This document shows, piece by piece, positions 38,497 through 48,462 of a stretch of DNA of 64,000 bases. Below the pieces are notes generated by a model, which was given only the letters and a program-made list of their open reading frames with translations, did not search any database and had not been told where the DNA came from. The position numbers and the translations under genes were made by a program. Every line of letters starts with the position of its first letter. Positions within the stretch are counted from its first letter, which is position 1. Source of the stretch: Opitutia bacterium (lineage in GTDB: Bacteria; Verrucomicrobiota; Verrucomicrobiia; Opitutales; Opitutaceae); contig CANJVR010000004.1 of the NCBI GenBank assembly GCA_947478395.1, positions 1-64,000 on the forward strand, read 5' to 3'.

Positions 38497-39756
38497 ATGG
38501 CCCGTTTCGCTTACAGCGCCCGTGACCCGGCAGGGCAAAGCCTCACCGCCGAAATTGACGCGCCGACGCGCAAGGACGCGTTGCGCCTGCTCGCCGCGCG
38601 CGGGTTGCAGGTCACGAGTGTGACCGAACAAGTTGCGGCCAGCGCGAAGGGCGGAAAGAAAAGCATCGCGGCGGCGCGACTTGAAAAATCAACGGGACTT
38701 TCGTCCGCGGTAACGCCGAGGCGGGCGGAGCGGCTGCCGTTTTTTGAATCGCTCTACGATCTCACGAGCAGCGGGCTCTCTGCCGGCGAAGCGGTGCGCC
38801 TGCTTTCGACGCGCATCAAAGAGCCGCGTTTGCGCACGCTCTGCGCCGGCATCTGGGAACGCATCAGCGAGGGTTCGCCCCTCTCGCGGGCGTTGGGCGC
38901 CTACCCGGAAGTATTCGACTCGGGTAACGTCAATCTCATCCAAGCCGGTGAGGCCACGGGCTCGCTCAACGATACGCTCGCGCGCCTGATCTCGCACTTG
39001 GTCGAAGAGCGTGAGCTGCGCAGCCAGCTGATCGCGGCGCTGGCGTATCCAATCGGGATGATTTTTGTTTCGGGCGGCGTGGTGCTGTTCTTCATGTTTT
39101 TCCTCCTGCCGCGTTTGCAGGGACTGCTCACGTCGTTGCGCGGCAAAATGCCGATCTCCACCCAGATCTTGATGTGGACGGCCGATTTCTCGCTGCACTA
39201 TGGAATCTTCGTGGTGGCTGGCTTGGTGTTCGCGGTCGTTTCGTTCTGGCGCTGGCGGGCGACGGAAGCGGGGCGGATAACCACGGACGCCTGGTTGCTC
39301 CGTTTGCCGTTGCTCGGGCCGTTCGCCGTTGCACAGACGGTGCTCGCGTTTAGCCAGACGCTTTCCGTGCTACTGGAAAACGGCATCACCGCGGCCGAGG
39401 CGCTGCGCATGACGGAGAAACAGATTGGCAATCGCACGCATCGCGCTGCGTTTAATCAAGCGACGGCGCGGGTGCTCGAAGGCGAGGCGTTGTCGGTCTC
39501 GCTCGCTCGTACCGGATGTTTCCCTGATTTGGTCCTCGACCGTCTGGCCATCGGCGAAAATACGGGCAACGTCGTGCCGAGCTTGAAGGAAGTCGCGCGG
39601 GCTTACCGAAAAATCATTTCGAATCATCTAAACGTGTTTACGAAAGTAATCGGCAGCATCGTGCTCGGCGGTGTTTTTGCGTTCGTCGCGTTCATCGCGT
39701 TTTCGATCGTCAGCGCCGTTTTTCAAGTCAGCGCGAGTTTCAATATCGGCCGGTGA
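38497..39756 (+). CDS. gspF: Type II secretion inner-membrane platform protein GspF
   Basis: FAYSARD, AGEATGSL, ALAYP, IGENTG. Confidence 0.93.
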   Translation: MARFAYSARDPAGQSLTAEIDAPTRKDALRLLAARGLQVTSVTEQVAASAKGGKKSIAAARLEKSTGLSSAVTPRRAERLPFFESLYDLTSSGLSAGEAVRLLSTRIKEPRLRTLCAGIWERISEGSPLSRALGAYPEVFDSGNVNLIQAGEATGSLNDTLARLISHLVEERELRSQLIAALAYPIGMIFVSGGVVLFFMFFLLPRLQGLLTSLRGKMPISTQILMWTADFSLHYGIFVVAGLVFAVVSFWRWRATEAGRITTDAWLLRLPLLGPFAVAQTVLAFSQTLSVLLENGITAAEALRMTEKQIGNRTHRAAFNQATARVLEGEALSVSLARTGCFPDLVLDRLAIGENTGNVVPSLKEVARAYRKIISNHLNVFTKVIGSIVLGGVFAFVAFIAFSIVSAVFQVSASFNIGR

Positions 39757-39868
39757 AATCGCGGGGCGCTTTGCGCACCCAAAGAGCAATCACAGGGTGG
39801 GGGCACACCGCCTACCGTTTCCGGGCTTCAACGGTTGAAAAGCGCCGCGTGAGGATATGCCCTAATTT

Positions 39869-40606
39869 ATGTCCTCTTCCTTGGTTCTTGTCACAGGCGC
39901 GGCCGGCCGGGTGGGGCGTCCCATCACGGCCGCTTTGCGGGAAAAATTTCCGGTGCGGGCGTTCGACCGGGTGGCGATCCCGGGCGATCACACCGCGCAT
40001 CTTGGCGATCTCTCGGATCGTTCGGCGGTCGAGCGGGCGATGGAGGGCGTTCACACGGTGGTGCATCTGGGCGCGTGTCCCTCGATGGAGGGTCAGTTCA
40101 TGCGCGATTTACTGAAGCCCAACATCGAGGGTCTCTGGCACATGCTGGATGTGGCGCGGCTCGCGGGGGTGAGGCGTTTTATTTTTGCGAGTTCGTGCAA
40201 TGTGGCGTTCGGCGCGAAGGAGGCCGCGCAGCTTAAACCGGAGACGCTGCATGTTCTCAATCCGTACGGCGCGACCAAGGCCTTTGGGGAAGCGCTGGGC
40301 CGCTGGTTCCACGACGAATACGGCATGGAGTTTTTGGCGGTGCGGATCGGCTATTTCAGCGGACGCTACGCGGAGCCCGAATTGGAGCAGCTTTTTCTCC
40401 GACGTATCTGGTTGGGTCCGCGCGACGGCGGGAAATTTTTTCAACTCGCGGTGGCGGCGCGACCGTTTGGCTACGGGATCGTGTACGCGTGTTCGCGCAC
40501 GCGGGAAAAATATCTCGATCTCACAACCGCGCGTGAATTGCTCGGCTACGAGCCCGACGAAGACGTGCCGGAGAGCGGGGGCGGGCACACCGTGGCGCCG
40601 GCCTGA
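39869..40606 (+). CDS. NAD-dependent epimerase/dehydratase family SDR, uronate dehydrogenase-like
   Basis: VTGAAGRVG, VHLG, FIFASS, YGATKAFGE, VRIG. Confidence 0.8.
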   Translation: MSSSLVLVTGAAGRVGRPITAALREKFPVRAFDRVAIPGDHTAHLGDLSDRSAVERAMEGVHTVVHLGACPSMEGQFMRDLLKPNIEGLWHMLDVARLAGVRRFIFASSCNVAFGAKEAAQLKPETLHVLNPYGATKAFGEALGRWFHDEYGMEFLAVRIGYFSGRYAEPELEQLFLRRIWLGPRDGGKFFQLAVAARPFGYGIVYACSRTREKYLDLTTARELLGYEPDEDVPESGGGHTVAPA

Positions 40607-40694
40607 TCCTGAAGCGGCTGAGCCAAACGCGTAGCCGCTCCGCCAAAACGGCCATGGAAAAACTTACGCCGACCTCCCTTTGGGCCCGGCGAAA

Positions 40695-42632
40695 CTACGG
40701 CACTTCGTAAATTTCGACGAGCGCTTCGCCGGTGCCGCCATCGGCGCCCGAGATTTGCGCGGTGTAGCCGCCGGGAGGGAGCGTGATCAGGAGTGCGGCG
40801 TCTTTGCTGCCGGCATCGAGCGGAAACGCGCCCCCACTGGCAAACGTGGCGGCGAGGGCGTTGTTCCAGCTGTCATTTTCCGCGATCTTGGTCGAGCCGA
40901 GGAACAACTCGAGTTTGGGATCGGCGAGGAAGCCACTGACGCCGAAGGTCGCGAGTTTCGGGCCGACCCCGCGGATGAGTACCGTCTTCGCGACCGGCCC
41001 ATCGATGGTGAATCCCGCGATCAACAGGTCGCTGCCCGTGCCGACGAAATTGCGCGCCGAGAGATTGCTTAGACGCGGCGTGAAGCCGCCCCCGGCATCG
41101 TACACTTCGACGAGGGCAATGCCGTTGCCCGTGCCTTTGAGCTGCGCGGTATAACCGCCCGTGATCGTCGCCAGCAGCGCCGCGTCCTTGCTGCCGGCGC
41201 TCAGCGCGAATGCGCCCAGGTTGGCGAACGTGGCGGCGAGCGTGGGATCCCAATCGTCGTTTTGGTTTTGTTTGATGGATGTGCTGTCGTAGATTTCCAG
41301 CTTTGGATCCGCGTAGAAATTCGGAATGCTAAATCCGGCCAGCGTTGGACCCACGCCTCGCAGCAGCAGGCTCTTCGCCCCGGTCGTCGAAAAGCCGACG
41401 ATCAAAAGTTGCCCGGCGGTGACGTTGGCCCGAACGGCCAGGTTGGAGAGGCGCGTCAACTGGCCGGCGGGTCCGACGTTGATGGTGGCGCTGGTACTGT
41501 TGATCGTGCCCTCGCTGTTCGTTACCCGGCAAAAATAAACATCTGCGTCGGCGGCGGACACCGCCGGCAGAATGATCGTGGCGTTCGTCGCCCCCGCGAT
41601 CGGCGTAGTAGTCCCGCGGAACCATTGGTACGTGAGACCCAAACCGGCGGCGCTCGTGGTCAGGGCCACGGTCTGGCCGGTAGCCGCGGTGACGCTCTGC
41701 GGTTGGGCGACTATTACGGGTTGTCCAGGGCTGACGGTCACCGCGAGGGTGCTGTCCACGAAATTTCCGTTCACGTCGGAGACGTGCACCGTGACGTTGG
41801 TGGTGCCGGGCGCGAGCGCGGCGAGGAGGAGCGTGCTCCCCGAAATGGTCGCCGTGGCGACGCTGGAGTTCGAGCTGGTGGCCGAGAAGCTGGCCACCGA
41901 TGCGTCACCGGCCGCCGCCGGGAAGAAAGGCACGACCTTCATGCTGCGAACCACGACGAGATTTGCGGCGTTCAGCGGGGTTGCCGTCAGGGGAAGTTGG
42001 TTGAAGGCACTGCCGAGCGTCGCGGTGGCGTCCACGACGGGCAGCGCGGCGATGCTATCGGCCACGCTCATGCCGGTGCCCATCACGCGCGCAAAAACCG
42101 TGAAACCGCTGTTCTGCGTGTCGAGGTTGGCGTTGTTGTTGGCGAGATTGACGAACCACTGGCAGGTCGCGCTGTTGGGCGAGCTATCAAGTTTCGCGAG
42201 CGCGAGCGTACCGCGGGTGTTGGAGACCTTGAACTCGTTTTGCACCGGAGCATCGGCGGGAATGCCGAGTACCGAATTTCCGGAGATCGTGAAACCGCCG
42301 CTCTGGATAATGAAGCCCGGCACCGAGCGGTGGACCAACGTGTTGGTGTAGGCGCCGCGGTTTACGTAGTTCAGGAAATTCGCGACCGTGTTGGGCGCGT
42401 CGCTGGCGAGCAGCGCAACGTCGAATTTTCCCCTCACCGTATCGAATTGGACCACCTGCCCGGTGATGCCTTGAATCGTGAAAAACGCCCGCAGGTCGAG
42501 CGAGGCCGTGTTGCCGGTCACCAAGGGCGTCGACGGCAGCGCTACGGTGCTGACTGGCACGGCCGAAGTCTGGGCATGGCCGCGAAGGACCAAGGCCAGA
42601 AGCAGGAGAGTTGAGTCGCGGCAAAATTTCAT
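40695..42632 (-). CDS. Exported cyclophilin-type peptidylprolyl isomerase with Ig domains and tandem C-terminal module
   Basis: Signal peptide; APNTVANFLNY, HRSVPGFIIQSGG, NTRGTLALA, NSATCQWFVN, TVFARV; Ig YQW...YFCRVTN; 2x RLSNL..R module. Confidence 0.9.
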   Translation of the reverse strand: MKFCRDSTLLLLALVLRGHAQTSAVPVSTVALPSTPLVTGNTASLDLRAFFTIQGITGQVVQFDTVRGKFDVALLASDAPNTVANFLNYVNRGAYTNTLVHRSVPGFIIQSGGFTISGNSVLGIPADAPVQNEFKVSNTRGTLALAKLDSSPNSATCQWFVNLANNNANLDTQNSGFTVFARVMGTGMSVADSIAALPVVDATATLGSAFNQLPLTATPLNAANLVVVRSMKVVPFFPAAAGDASVASFSATSSNSSVATATISGSTLLLAALAPGTTNVTVHVSDVNGNFVDSTLAVTVSPGQPVIVAQPQSVTAATGQTVALTTSAAGLGLTYQWFRGTTTPIAGATNATIILPAVSAADADVYFCRVTNSEGTINSTSATINVGPAGQLTRLSNLAVRANVTAGQLLIVGFSTTGAKSLLLRGVGPTLAGFSIPNFYADPKLEIYDSTSIKQNQNDDWDPTLAATFANLGAFALSAGSKDAALLATITGGYTAQLKGTGNGIALVEVYDAGGGFTPRLSNLSARNFVGTGSDLLIAGFTIDGPVAKTVLIRGVGPKLATFGVSGFLADPKLELFLGSTKIAENDSWNNALAATFASGGAFPLDAGSKDAALLITLPPGGYTAQISGADGGTGEALVEIYEVP

Positions 42633-42839
42633 GGCGAAGCGTGAACGCACGGATGCATAAGACACGAGGCGGTTCCATCCCAAAGCGGATGCAGCCTCGT
42701 CGAGCGCGACTAAAGGGTGGGGCGCGTTACTCCAAACGCCGCGGTTCGACGTCGCTCGCGCTGGTGAGCCGCGTCGCACCGCCAGATTAGGAGATCATTC
42801 GCCCGGCCATTTGGCGTGATCACAAATCCTTCAGGAGAA

Positions 42840-44675
42840 TCACGGCAGCTCGTACACCTCGACGATCGCGTCGCCGGTACCGCCGTCGGCGCCGGAGACT
42901 TGGACCGTGTAGCCGCCGGGGGGCAGACTCACCATCAGGGCTGCATCTTTCGCCCCGGGCACGAACGGGAATGCCCCGACGCTGCTGGAAACCGCCGGCA
43001 ACGTGGGAGAATAGTTATCGTTCTCGGATATTTTCACCTGACTCGAATTGAAGAGTTCGAGTTTGGGATCGACGAGGGTGCCCGCGACGCCGAGAGCGCC
43101 GAGGCTGGGCCCGGCGGCGCGGATGAGCACGTTTTTATTGCCCGAGCCGGCCACCGTGAAGCCGGCGATCAGTACGTCGCCACCGGTGCCGACGAAATTG
43201 CGCGCGGAAAGATTGGTCAGCCGCGGTGAAAGGCCCGAGGCGGCATCGTACGCTTCGACAATCAGATTGCCGGCGGCAGGGCCCGAGACTTGCACGGTGC
43301 GGCCACCATCGATGGAGCGCACCAGCGCGGCGTCGAGGCTCGTCGTCGCGACCAGAGGGAAGGCGCCGACGGCCGAGATGGTGGACGCGACCGTCGCGTC
43401 GCCCCCCCAGTCGTCGTTGGTGGCTTCAGGCGCGGAGCCGTTGAAGATCGTGAGCCGTGGGTTGGCCATGGTCCCCGGGATGCCGAGGGCGCCAAGACTG
43501 GGACCGGCGGCCCGGATGAGCGCGGGCTTTGCGCCGCCTTGCATGGTTAGGCCGACGATCAGGATTTGGTTCGCGGCGAGGGTGGTCCGGACTGAGACAT
43601 TGGAAAGCCGGCTGGTCAGGCCGCTGCTGACGAGCAATGTCGCGGTCGCACTAGTGGTTGATCCGCCAGAGTTGGTCGCCACCACATCGTAGTCGGCGGC
43701 ATCCGCGTTGGTAAGGGCATTGAGTGTGAGCGAACTGCCGGTGGCGCCGGTAATGGTGGCGGAGTTCTTGCGCCATTGATAGGTGCTCGCGCTTTGGGCA
43801 ACTACCGTGAAGGTCGTCGAACCGCCGAGGGCTGCGATGGCGCTGGACGGCGGCGTGCTGATGATCGGCGGGTTGCCGCCGGTGACCGTTAGGGTCGCCG
43901 CGTTGCTCGTGGCGGTGCTGATGGAATTCGTCGCGACGCAAGTGTAACTACCGGCATCGGCGGCTGTAAGATTTTGCAGGATTAAACTCGAGCTCGTACT
44001 CGTCTGAGTTGAAAGGGCCGCGCCGTTCTTAAACCACTTATAAGTCGGCGTAGGCGAACCGGCGGCGGCGGCAGAAAAAATTATCACCCCGCCGACAGGA
44101 CCGCTCTGACTCGACGGCTGCGTGGTGAAAACCGGCGCGGTGTTGGCGGCGGCGGCAACGTTGATCGTGTAGCTAAAAAGGGCGCTGGTCAGCGTGCCGT
44201 TGGCGCCTTCCCAACCGCGGATCGATAGGGTGAACGAACCCGCCGCCGTCGGGGTACCGCTCAACTGAATTGTTGAGCCGTTGATATTGCCGCTGGTGAT
44301 ACCTCCGGCGCTCGACCCGAGTGGCGCGAAGGTCAGGCCTGGTGGCACGTTGCCTCCAACGGTGAACGAGGCGGGCGGCGTTTCGGCGCCCCTAACGGTG
44401 AAAGCGATCAGCGTCGCCACGCCCACGGTGGTACTGGCTGGATTCGGCGTCGTCGGGCTGAGCGCGGTCGCGCCGGCTAGCGCGTGCACCGCCCCGAGCG
44501 AAGCGGTAGTCGCGCACGCGGCCTTCAGGATCGACGCGGCGGGCGCACGCAATGAAAATTTTTCCGCCGTCGCCACGACGCGGAGGATCGGGGTGCGTTG
44601 GAGCAAAGCGATCAGCGTCGCGGTGGAAAAATTGAGCCAGTTGAAACGGCGGAGCAAGGAGGCGGCGAATTTCAT
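42840..44675 (-). CDS. Exported immunoglobulin-domain protein with tandem C-terminal module
   Basis: Putative Ig (LSGTPTAAGSFT), two Ig I-set-like domains (YKWFKNG..DAGSYTC; YQWRKN..DAADYDV), 2x RLSN module. Confidence 0.85.
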   Translation of the reverse strand: MKFAASLLRRFNWLNFSTATLIALLQRTPILRVVATAEKFSLRAPAASILKAACATTASLGAVHALAGATALSPTTPNPASTTVGVATLIAFTVRGAETPPASFTVGGNVPPGLTFAPLGSSAGGITSGNINGSTIQLSGTPTAAGSFTLSIRGWEGANGTLTSALFSYTINVAAAANTAPVFTTQPSSQSGPVGGVIIFSAAAAGSPTPTYKWFKNGAALSTQTSTSSSLILQNLTAADAGSYTCVATNSISTATSNAATLTVTGGNPPIISTPPSSAIAALGGSTTFTVVAQSASTYQWRKNSATITGATGSSLTLNALTNADAADYDVVATNSGGSTTSATATLLVSSGLTSRLSNVSVRTTLAANQILIVGLTMQGGAKPALIRAAGPSLGALGIPGTMANPRLTIFNGSAPEATNDDWGGDATVASTISAVGAFPLVATTSLDAALVRSIDGGRTVQVSGPAAGNLIVEAYDAASGLSPRLTNLSARNFVGTGGDVLIAGFTVAGSGNKNVLIRAAGPSLGALGVAGTLVDPKLELFNSSQVKISENDNYSPTLPAVSSSVGAFPFVPGAKDAALMVSLPPGGYTVQVSGADGGTGDAIVEVYELP

Positions 44676-44982
44676 CGACGGTCGGCGGGTGAGGTGAAAA
44701 CACGCTAAATGCCCTCGATTGGGGCGCAAGGCAGGAGGGACAAATGGCGCGTTAAATTTCGCCTAAATTCGTGCTCGGAGATACTCGCGAAGCGACTCGC
44801 GGGATGAGGGCGCCCGCCCCATTTCGATCCTAATGATTCGCAGTCATCCTTGATCCAATCCCCGGAACTCCGATCCCGAAACTCAAACGCCGAAAACTCA
44901 GTCTCATCCGAGGCTTACGGTACTGCGGAAACTTCCACGAGGGCGGATCCGTCCCGGCCGGCGACGCCGCTCGCCGGCAGAA

Positions 44983-45219
44983 TCAGTTGCAACCGCAGCC
45001 GCTGCCCCCGACGCCGCGTCCGCCAGTCGCCGATTCACGGGAGAAAAAAACATGTTCGGCGAGAGCGACGTGGAGCGGGTCGCGATCGGAGCGCATCGTG
45101 TAGTCGGCCAATGTGGCGCGCTCCCACGGCTGCACGCGTACGAGTTGAGCTGAGGTGCAGCCTGAAAGGAAGGCCGCGGCGCCGAAGAAGAGGACGAGCA
45201 CGAAACGAGAGGATTTCAT
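44983..45219 (-). CDS. DUF4266-family lipoprotein
   Basis: Lipobox LSGC, VQPWER, C-terminal SRE.A.GG.G.GG.GCGCN. Confidence 0.85.
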   Translation of the reverse strand: MKSSRFVLVLFFGAAAFLSGCTSAQLVRVQPWERATLADYTMRSDRDPLHVALAEHVFFSRESATGGRGVGGSGCGCN

Positions 45220-45373
45220 AAAGAGAATTAATCTTGGGATTTTAAAATGAATCAGAAACGAGGGCGGGGTGCGCTCAGCCCGCTGCGACGCGGGGCCTGG
45301 GCGACGCCAAAGGCGGATTGGGACACTCGCCCCGTACGTGTGGGGTAATGACAAGCTCTGGTCGCATCAGATT

Positions 45374-45880
45374 TCACGATTTCTCAGCGAGCAATGTGTC
45401 GAGCTCGGCCCGGAGTTGTTTGTCGGTAGCGTCGCCGTGATAGCCGTCATGCCTGAAACGGACTTTGCCGTCGCGACCGACAACGTAGGTCGTCGGCATC
45501 GTGGGAACTTGGACGACGCGGACCAGTTTTTGCTGAGCATCATGGAGCGTGAGAAATGGCGGTGCCTGTTTTTTCACGAACGCGGCGTAGGCGGAGACGC
45601 TTTCGTCGACACTGATGCCGACGAGTGTAACACCGCGCGCGGCGTACTCCGCTGAGATTTTGCCGAGGGCAGGAAACGAGGCTTTGCACGGCGCGCACCA
45701 GGAAGCCCAGAAATCGACGACCAGGATTTTCCCCTTGGTGTCCGGGGCGACGCCGCCCGTGAGGCTGGCATCAGCGAGTGCCGGGAACACCTGGCCGACT
45801 TTGATCTCCGCGCGGAGCGATGCGGTGAAAGCTAAAGCCAGGAGCAGCGCGTGAATCGGAACGAAAAGAAGGGTGCGCAT
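45374..45880 (-). CDS. TlpA-family thiol-disulfide oxidoreductase
   Basis: Signal peptide, VDFWASWCAPC, MPTT. Confidence 0.93.
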   Translation of the reverse strand: MRTLLFVPIHALLLALAFTASLRAEIKVGQVFPALADASLTGGVAPDTKGKILVVDFWASWCAPCKASFPALGKISAEYAARGVTLVGISVDESVSAYAAFVKKQAPPFLTLHDAQQKLVRVVQVPTMPTTYVVGRDGKVRFRHDGYHGDATDKQLRAELDTLLAEKS

Positions 45881-45973
45881 AAGTAGAGGGAAGCTGGAAA
45901 ATAAATGTTTTAGGAGGGGGTAACGGAGGCAACAGAGCGCGGAAAGAATCCGGTAAATTTTCAGGAAGCTTCG

Positions 45974-46963
45974 TTAGGTCGCGACGTAGTTCCAAAATCC
46001 GCGGGTTTGTGCCCTGGTTTTTTCGGTGAGGAGCAGGCCCTCGGCTCCCGGTTGGGCTTGGATGAGTTCGAGTCCGGCGGGGACGCCCAGCACGAAGGCC
46101 GCGGTGGAAAGCACCCCGGCCTGGAGGCAGGTCGGCGCGACGATTGTCGCTTGAAGGCAACCGTTGGCGACGGGCCGGCCCGAGCGCGGGTCCACGATGT
46201 GACCGTAGCGCACGCCTTCGATCACGACGCGGCGAAGATAGTCGCCGGAGGAAGCGACGCCTTGCCCGCGGGTGAGGGCGAGACTGCCTTTATTCGTGCC
46301 GGGCTGCGCTGGATCTTCCAATCCGACGTGCCACGCGGGGCGACCGGGGGGCACGCCGACGGCGCGAAGATCATGGCCAAAATCGACGAGCGCGGACGTG
46401 ATGCCGTGGTCGCGCGCGATCTGCGCGACGATGTCCACGGCCCACTCTTTGCCAAAACCGCCGAAGTCGAGTGCCATGCCGCGCTCGGGCAGAAACACGC
46501 GGCCGGGCGTGCGTTGAACTTTTTTCCAACCGACGAGGCGGCGCGCGGCGTCGACCTCGGCATCCGTCGGCAAGCGGGGATGCTCGGCCTTATAATTCCA
46601 AAGCTGGAGCAGAGGCAGCGCGGTGGGATCGAGTACGCCCTGCGTCATGAAGTGCAGGCGGTCGCAGAGTGCGAGCAGTTGCTCCATCTCGGCGTCGATG
46701 TTGACCGGAGCTTCGCCGGCGGCGGCGTTGATTTTGGAAAGGAGGCTGTCGGGCCGAAAGCGCGAATATTTCGCTTCGAAGGCGGCGACCCACGCCACCG
46801 CCGCGCGCTCGAAGGCCGCGGCCTGCGCGTCGCCGGTGGCGGCGTATTGCACCTCGCAGCGCGTGCCCAATGCGGTCCACGTCAGCCGGCGCAAAGGCAC
46901 ATGCTCCACGCCGGTAGCGGCGGGAGGAGGTGGCGTGCGGTGACTGGGGACAGTGATGGCCAT
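45974..46963 (-). CDS. apbE: FAD:protein FMN transferase ApbE
   Basis: ALGT, SRFRPDS.LS.IN, LDFGGFGKEWAVD, VASSGDY.R, YGHIVDPRSG; no obvious signal peptide from ATG 46963. Confidence 0.92.
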   Translation of the reverse strand: MAITVPSHRTPPPPAATGVEHVPLRRLTWTALGTRCEVQYAATGDAQAAAFERAAVAWVAAFEAKYSRFRPDSLLSKINAAAGEAPVNIDAEMEQLLALCDRLHFMTQGVLDPTALPLLQLWNYKAEHPRLPTDAEVDAARRLVGWKKVQRTPGRVFLPERGMALDFGGFGKEWAVDIVAQIARDHGITSALVDFGHDLRAVGVPPGRPAWHVGLEDPAQPGTNKGSLALTRGQGVASSGDYLRRVVIEGVRYGHIVDPRSGRPVANGCLQATIVAPTCLQAGVLSTAAFVLGVPAGLELIQAQPGAEGLLLTEKTRAQTRGFWNYVAT

Positions 46964-47024
46964 CGATCGATCGAGATCGGATTTTTGGCGGCGTCTTTCG
47001 GATGAGCGAACGATCGGGCCGTTG

Positions 47025-48260
47025 CTACCAGGAGAAACGCGCGCCGAGGGTGAGAATGGTGGCGCGAGCGTAGGCGCTTCCTGGCGTGACGCCGTCGCGA
47101 CCGCGCATCGCGTACTGCTCAATTGCGGTGTCGAACTGGACGGCGGGCGTTGGGTTCCAGATGAGTTTCAGGCCGACATTGGTGCTGCTAAATTCAGACA
47201 GCCGAAAATCGGAGGAGTAGAAAGGACCGGTCGAGGCGGGCCGGCGATCGGGCGTGATCGTCGTGGCATCGAGGTTATAGTAATAAAAATCGGCGGCGCT
47301 CTGCTGGTAGAAACGAATCCCGGGACGCAGGATGATTTTCTCGCCGAGGCGCTGAAACCACGCGGTCTCCAACGTGTGGGCGGTGGTGCCGAACGTGTCG
47401 CGGTAGTAACGATAGCTAGCGTCGATCGTGCCGTGGACTTCGGGAAAAGCGTGCGTGAGCGCGGCCAGGGCGATCCCTTTGTTGCGCGCGGAGGGACGTT
47501 TTTCGCCGAATGTCTGGCGCAGGAAAAGACCGGGGAGGATCTGGACGTTTTTCTGCACCAGCTTGTAAGGATCGCTGATGAAACCGGTCGTGCGGCCCCA
47601 CGTGACATTAAACGTGAACGACGTGCGTGGATCGAGGATTTGGGTGACGCCGACGATCACGTCGTTGGAGCGTTTTTTGACGCGCGGAGTTTGGAAGAAA
47701 ACCTTTACGTCGTCATCGGTGCCGGCGACGCCGGTGAGCAGCGTGGTGTTCTTTTGGTTGAAGTCGGTGAGCGCGTTGAATGACCAGCCGTTCGAGACGT
47801 AGTCGCTTTCCCGGGAGTTGCCGAAACCGACGGCGAGGTTGACGCGGGAAAACTGGCGGGAAAGGTCGGCGTTCCACGCCTTACGGCGGTCGTGGAGCGC
47901 GGTGACGACAACTTGATCGCTGCCCGCGGGGGCGGGCTCGCCAGTGGGCGTGGCGCCGGTGATGGCGTCGAGCGTGCCGGTGATTCGAGCGTGGAAGTCT
48001 GAGCCGATGTCCTGCTCAACTAACGCGGTTTGGGTCTCGACGGCGATGCGGCCGCCGGATTCGCGATAGTCGGAATATTTGTAGGCGACCGTGTTTTCCG
48101 CCCGGCCGACCTTGGGCGCGGCGAGCGACAAAAGCGCCGAGACCACGAGCGTGCGGGTCACGGGACGTCGAAACGAATTTTGCGGGCCGGCCAAGATCGT
48201 CATAGCTGACGAAACTCCTAAAACCGCCGGGCTGAAACCACAAAAAATAGTTAACAGCAT
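47025..48260 (-). CDS. DUF3570-family outer-membrane beta-barrel protein with flavinylation-type motif
   Basis: DAITGAT, SRESDY, DPY, YRYYRDTFG..AHT, RFYQQSAADFY, SSDFRLS, C-terminal ARFSW; start may be 48203. Confidence 0.85.
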   Translation of the reverse strand: MLLTIFCGFSPAVLGVSSAMTILAGPQNSFRRPVTRTLVVSALLSLAAPKVGRAENTVAYKYSDYRESGGRIAVETQTALVEQDIGSDFHARITGTLDAITGATPTGEPAPAGSDQVVVTALHDRRKAWNADLSRQFSRVNLAVGFGNSRESDYVSNGWSFNALTDFNQKNTTLLTGVAGTDDDVKVFFQTPRVKKRSNDVIVGVTQILDPRTSFTFNVTWGRTTGFISDPYKLVQKNVQILPGLFLRQTFGEKRPSARNKGIALAALTHAFPEVHGTIDASYRYYRDTFGTTAHTLETAWFQRLGEKIILRPGIRFYQQSAADFYYYNLDATTITPDRRPASTGPFYSSDFRLSEFSSTNVGLKLIWNPTPAVQFDTAIEQYAMRGRDGVTPGSAYARATILTLGARFSW

Positions 48261-48340
48261 GGTTAGAGAGCCGACGGTAGCGCGAAGGCCGACTAACTGA
48301 AATCTAGGTTAATTTAGCCAAAAGCATAGTCGGTAACGAC

Positions 48341-48412
48341 GTAGCGGCGGGCGTCCCTGCCTGCCGCTAAGGGAACGCCGAACCCGGCCGGCAGAGCCGC
48401 CGGCCGCTCCAC
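48341..48412. repeat. GTAG-type REP inverted pair
   Basis: gtagcggcgggcgtccctgcctgccg ... cggccggcagagccgccggccgctccac (reverse complement gtggagcggccggcggctctgccggccg). Confidence 0.6.
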
Positions 48413-48462
48413 AAAATGGTCACGAAAAAACTTAAACCGGTTTAAGGTTCTACCGCCTAAAC

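Noticed and set aside
34491..39756. Type IV pilus assignment (PilQ/PilB/PilC)
   Set aside because: Canonical GspG and GspK motifs nearby and no PilT/PilM in the window favour T2SS
43735..43760. ITGAT in the Ig domain as a flavinylation site
   Set aside because: Lacks the upstream Asp and matches the generic Ig 'I.GAT..tL' strand motif, also present in the cyclophilin's Ig domain
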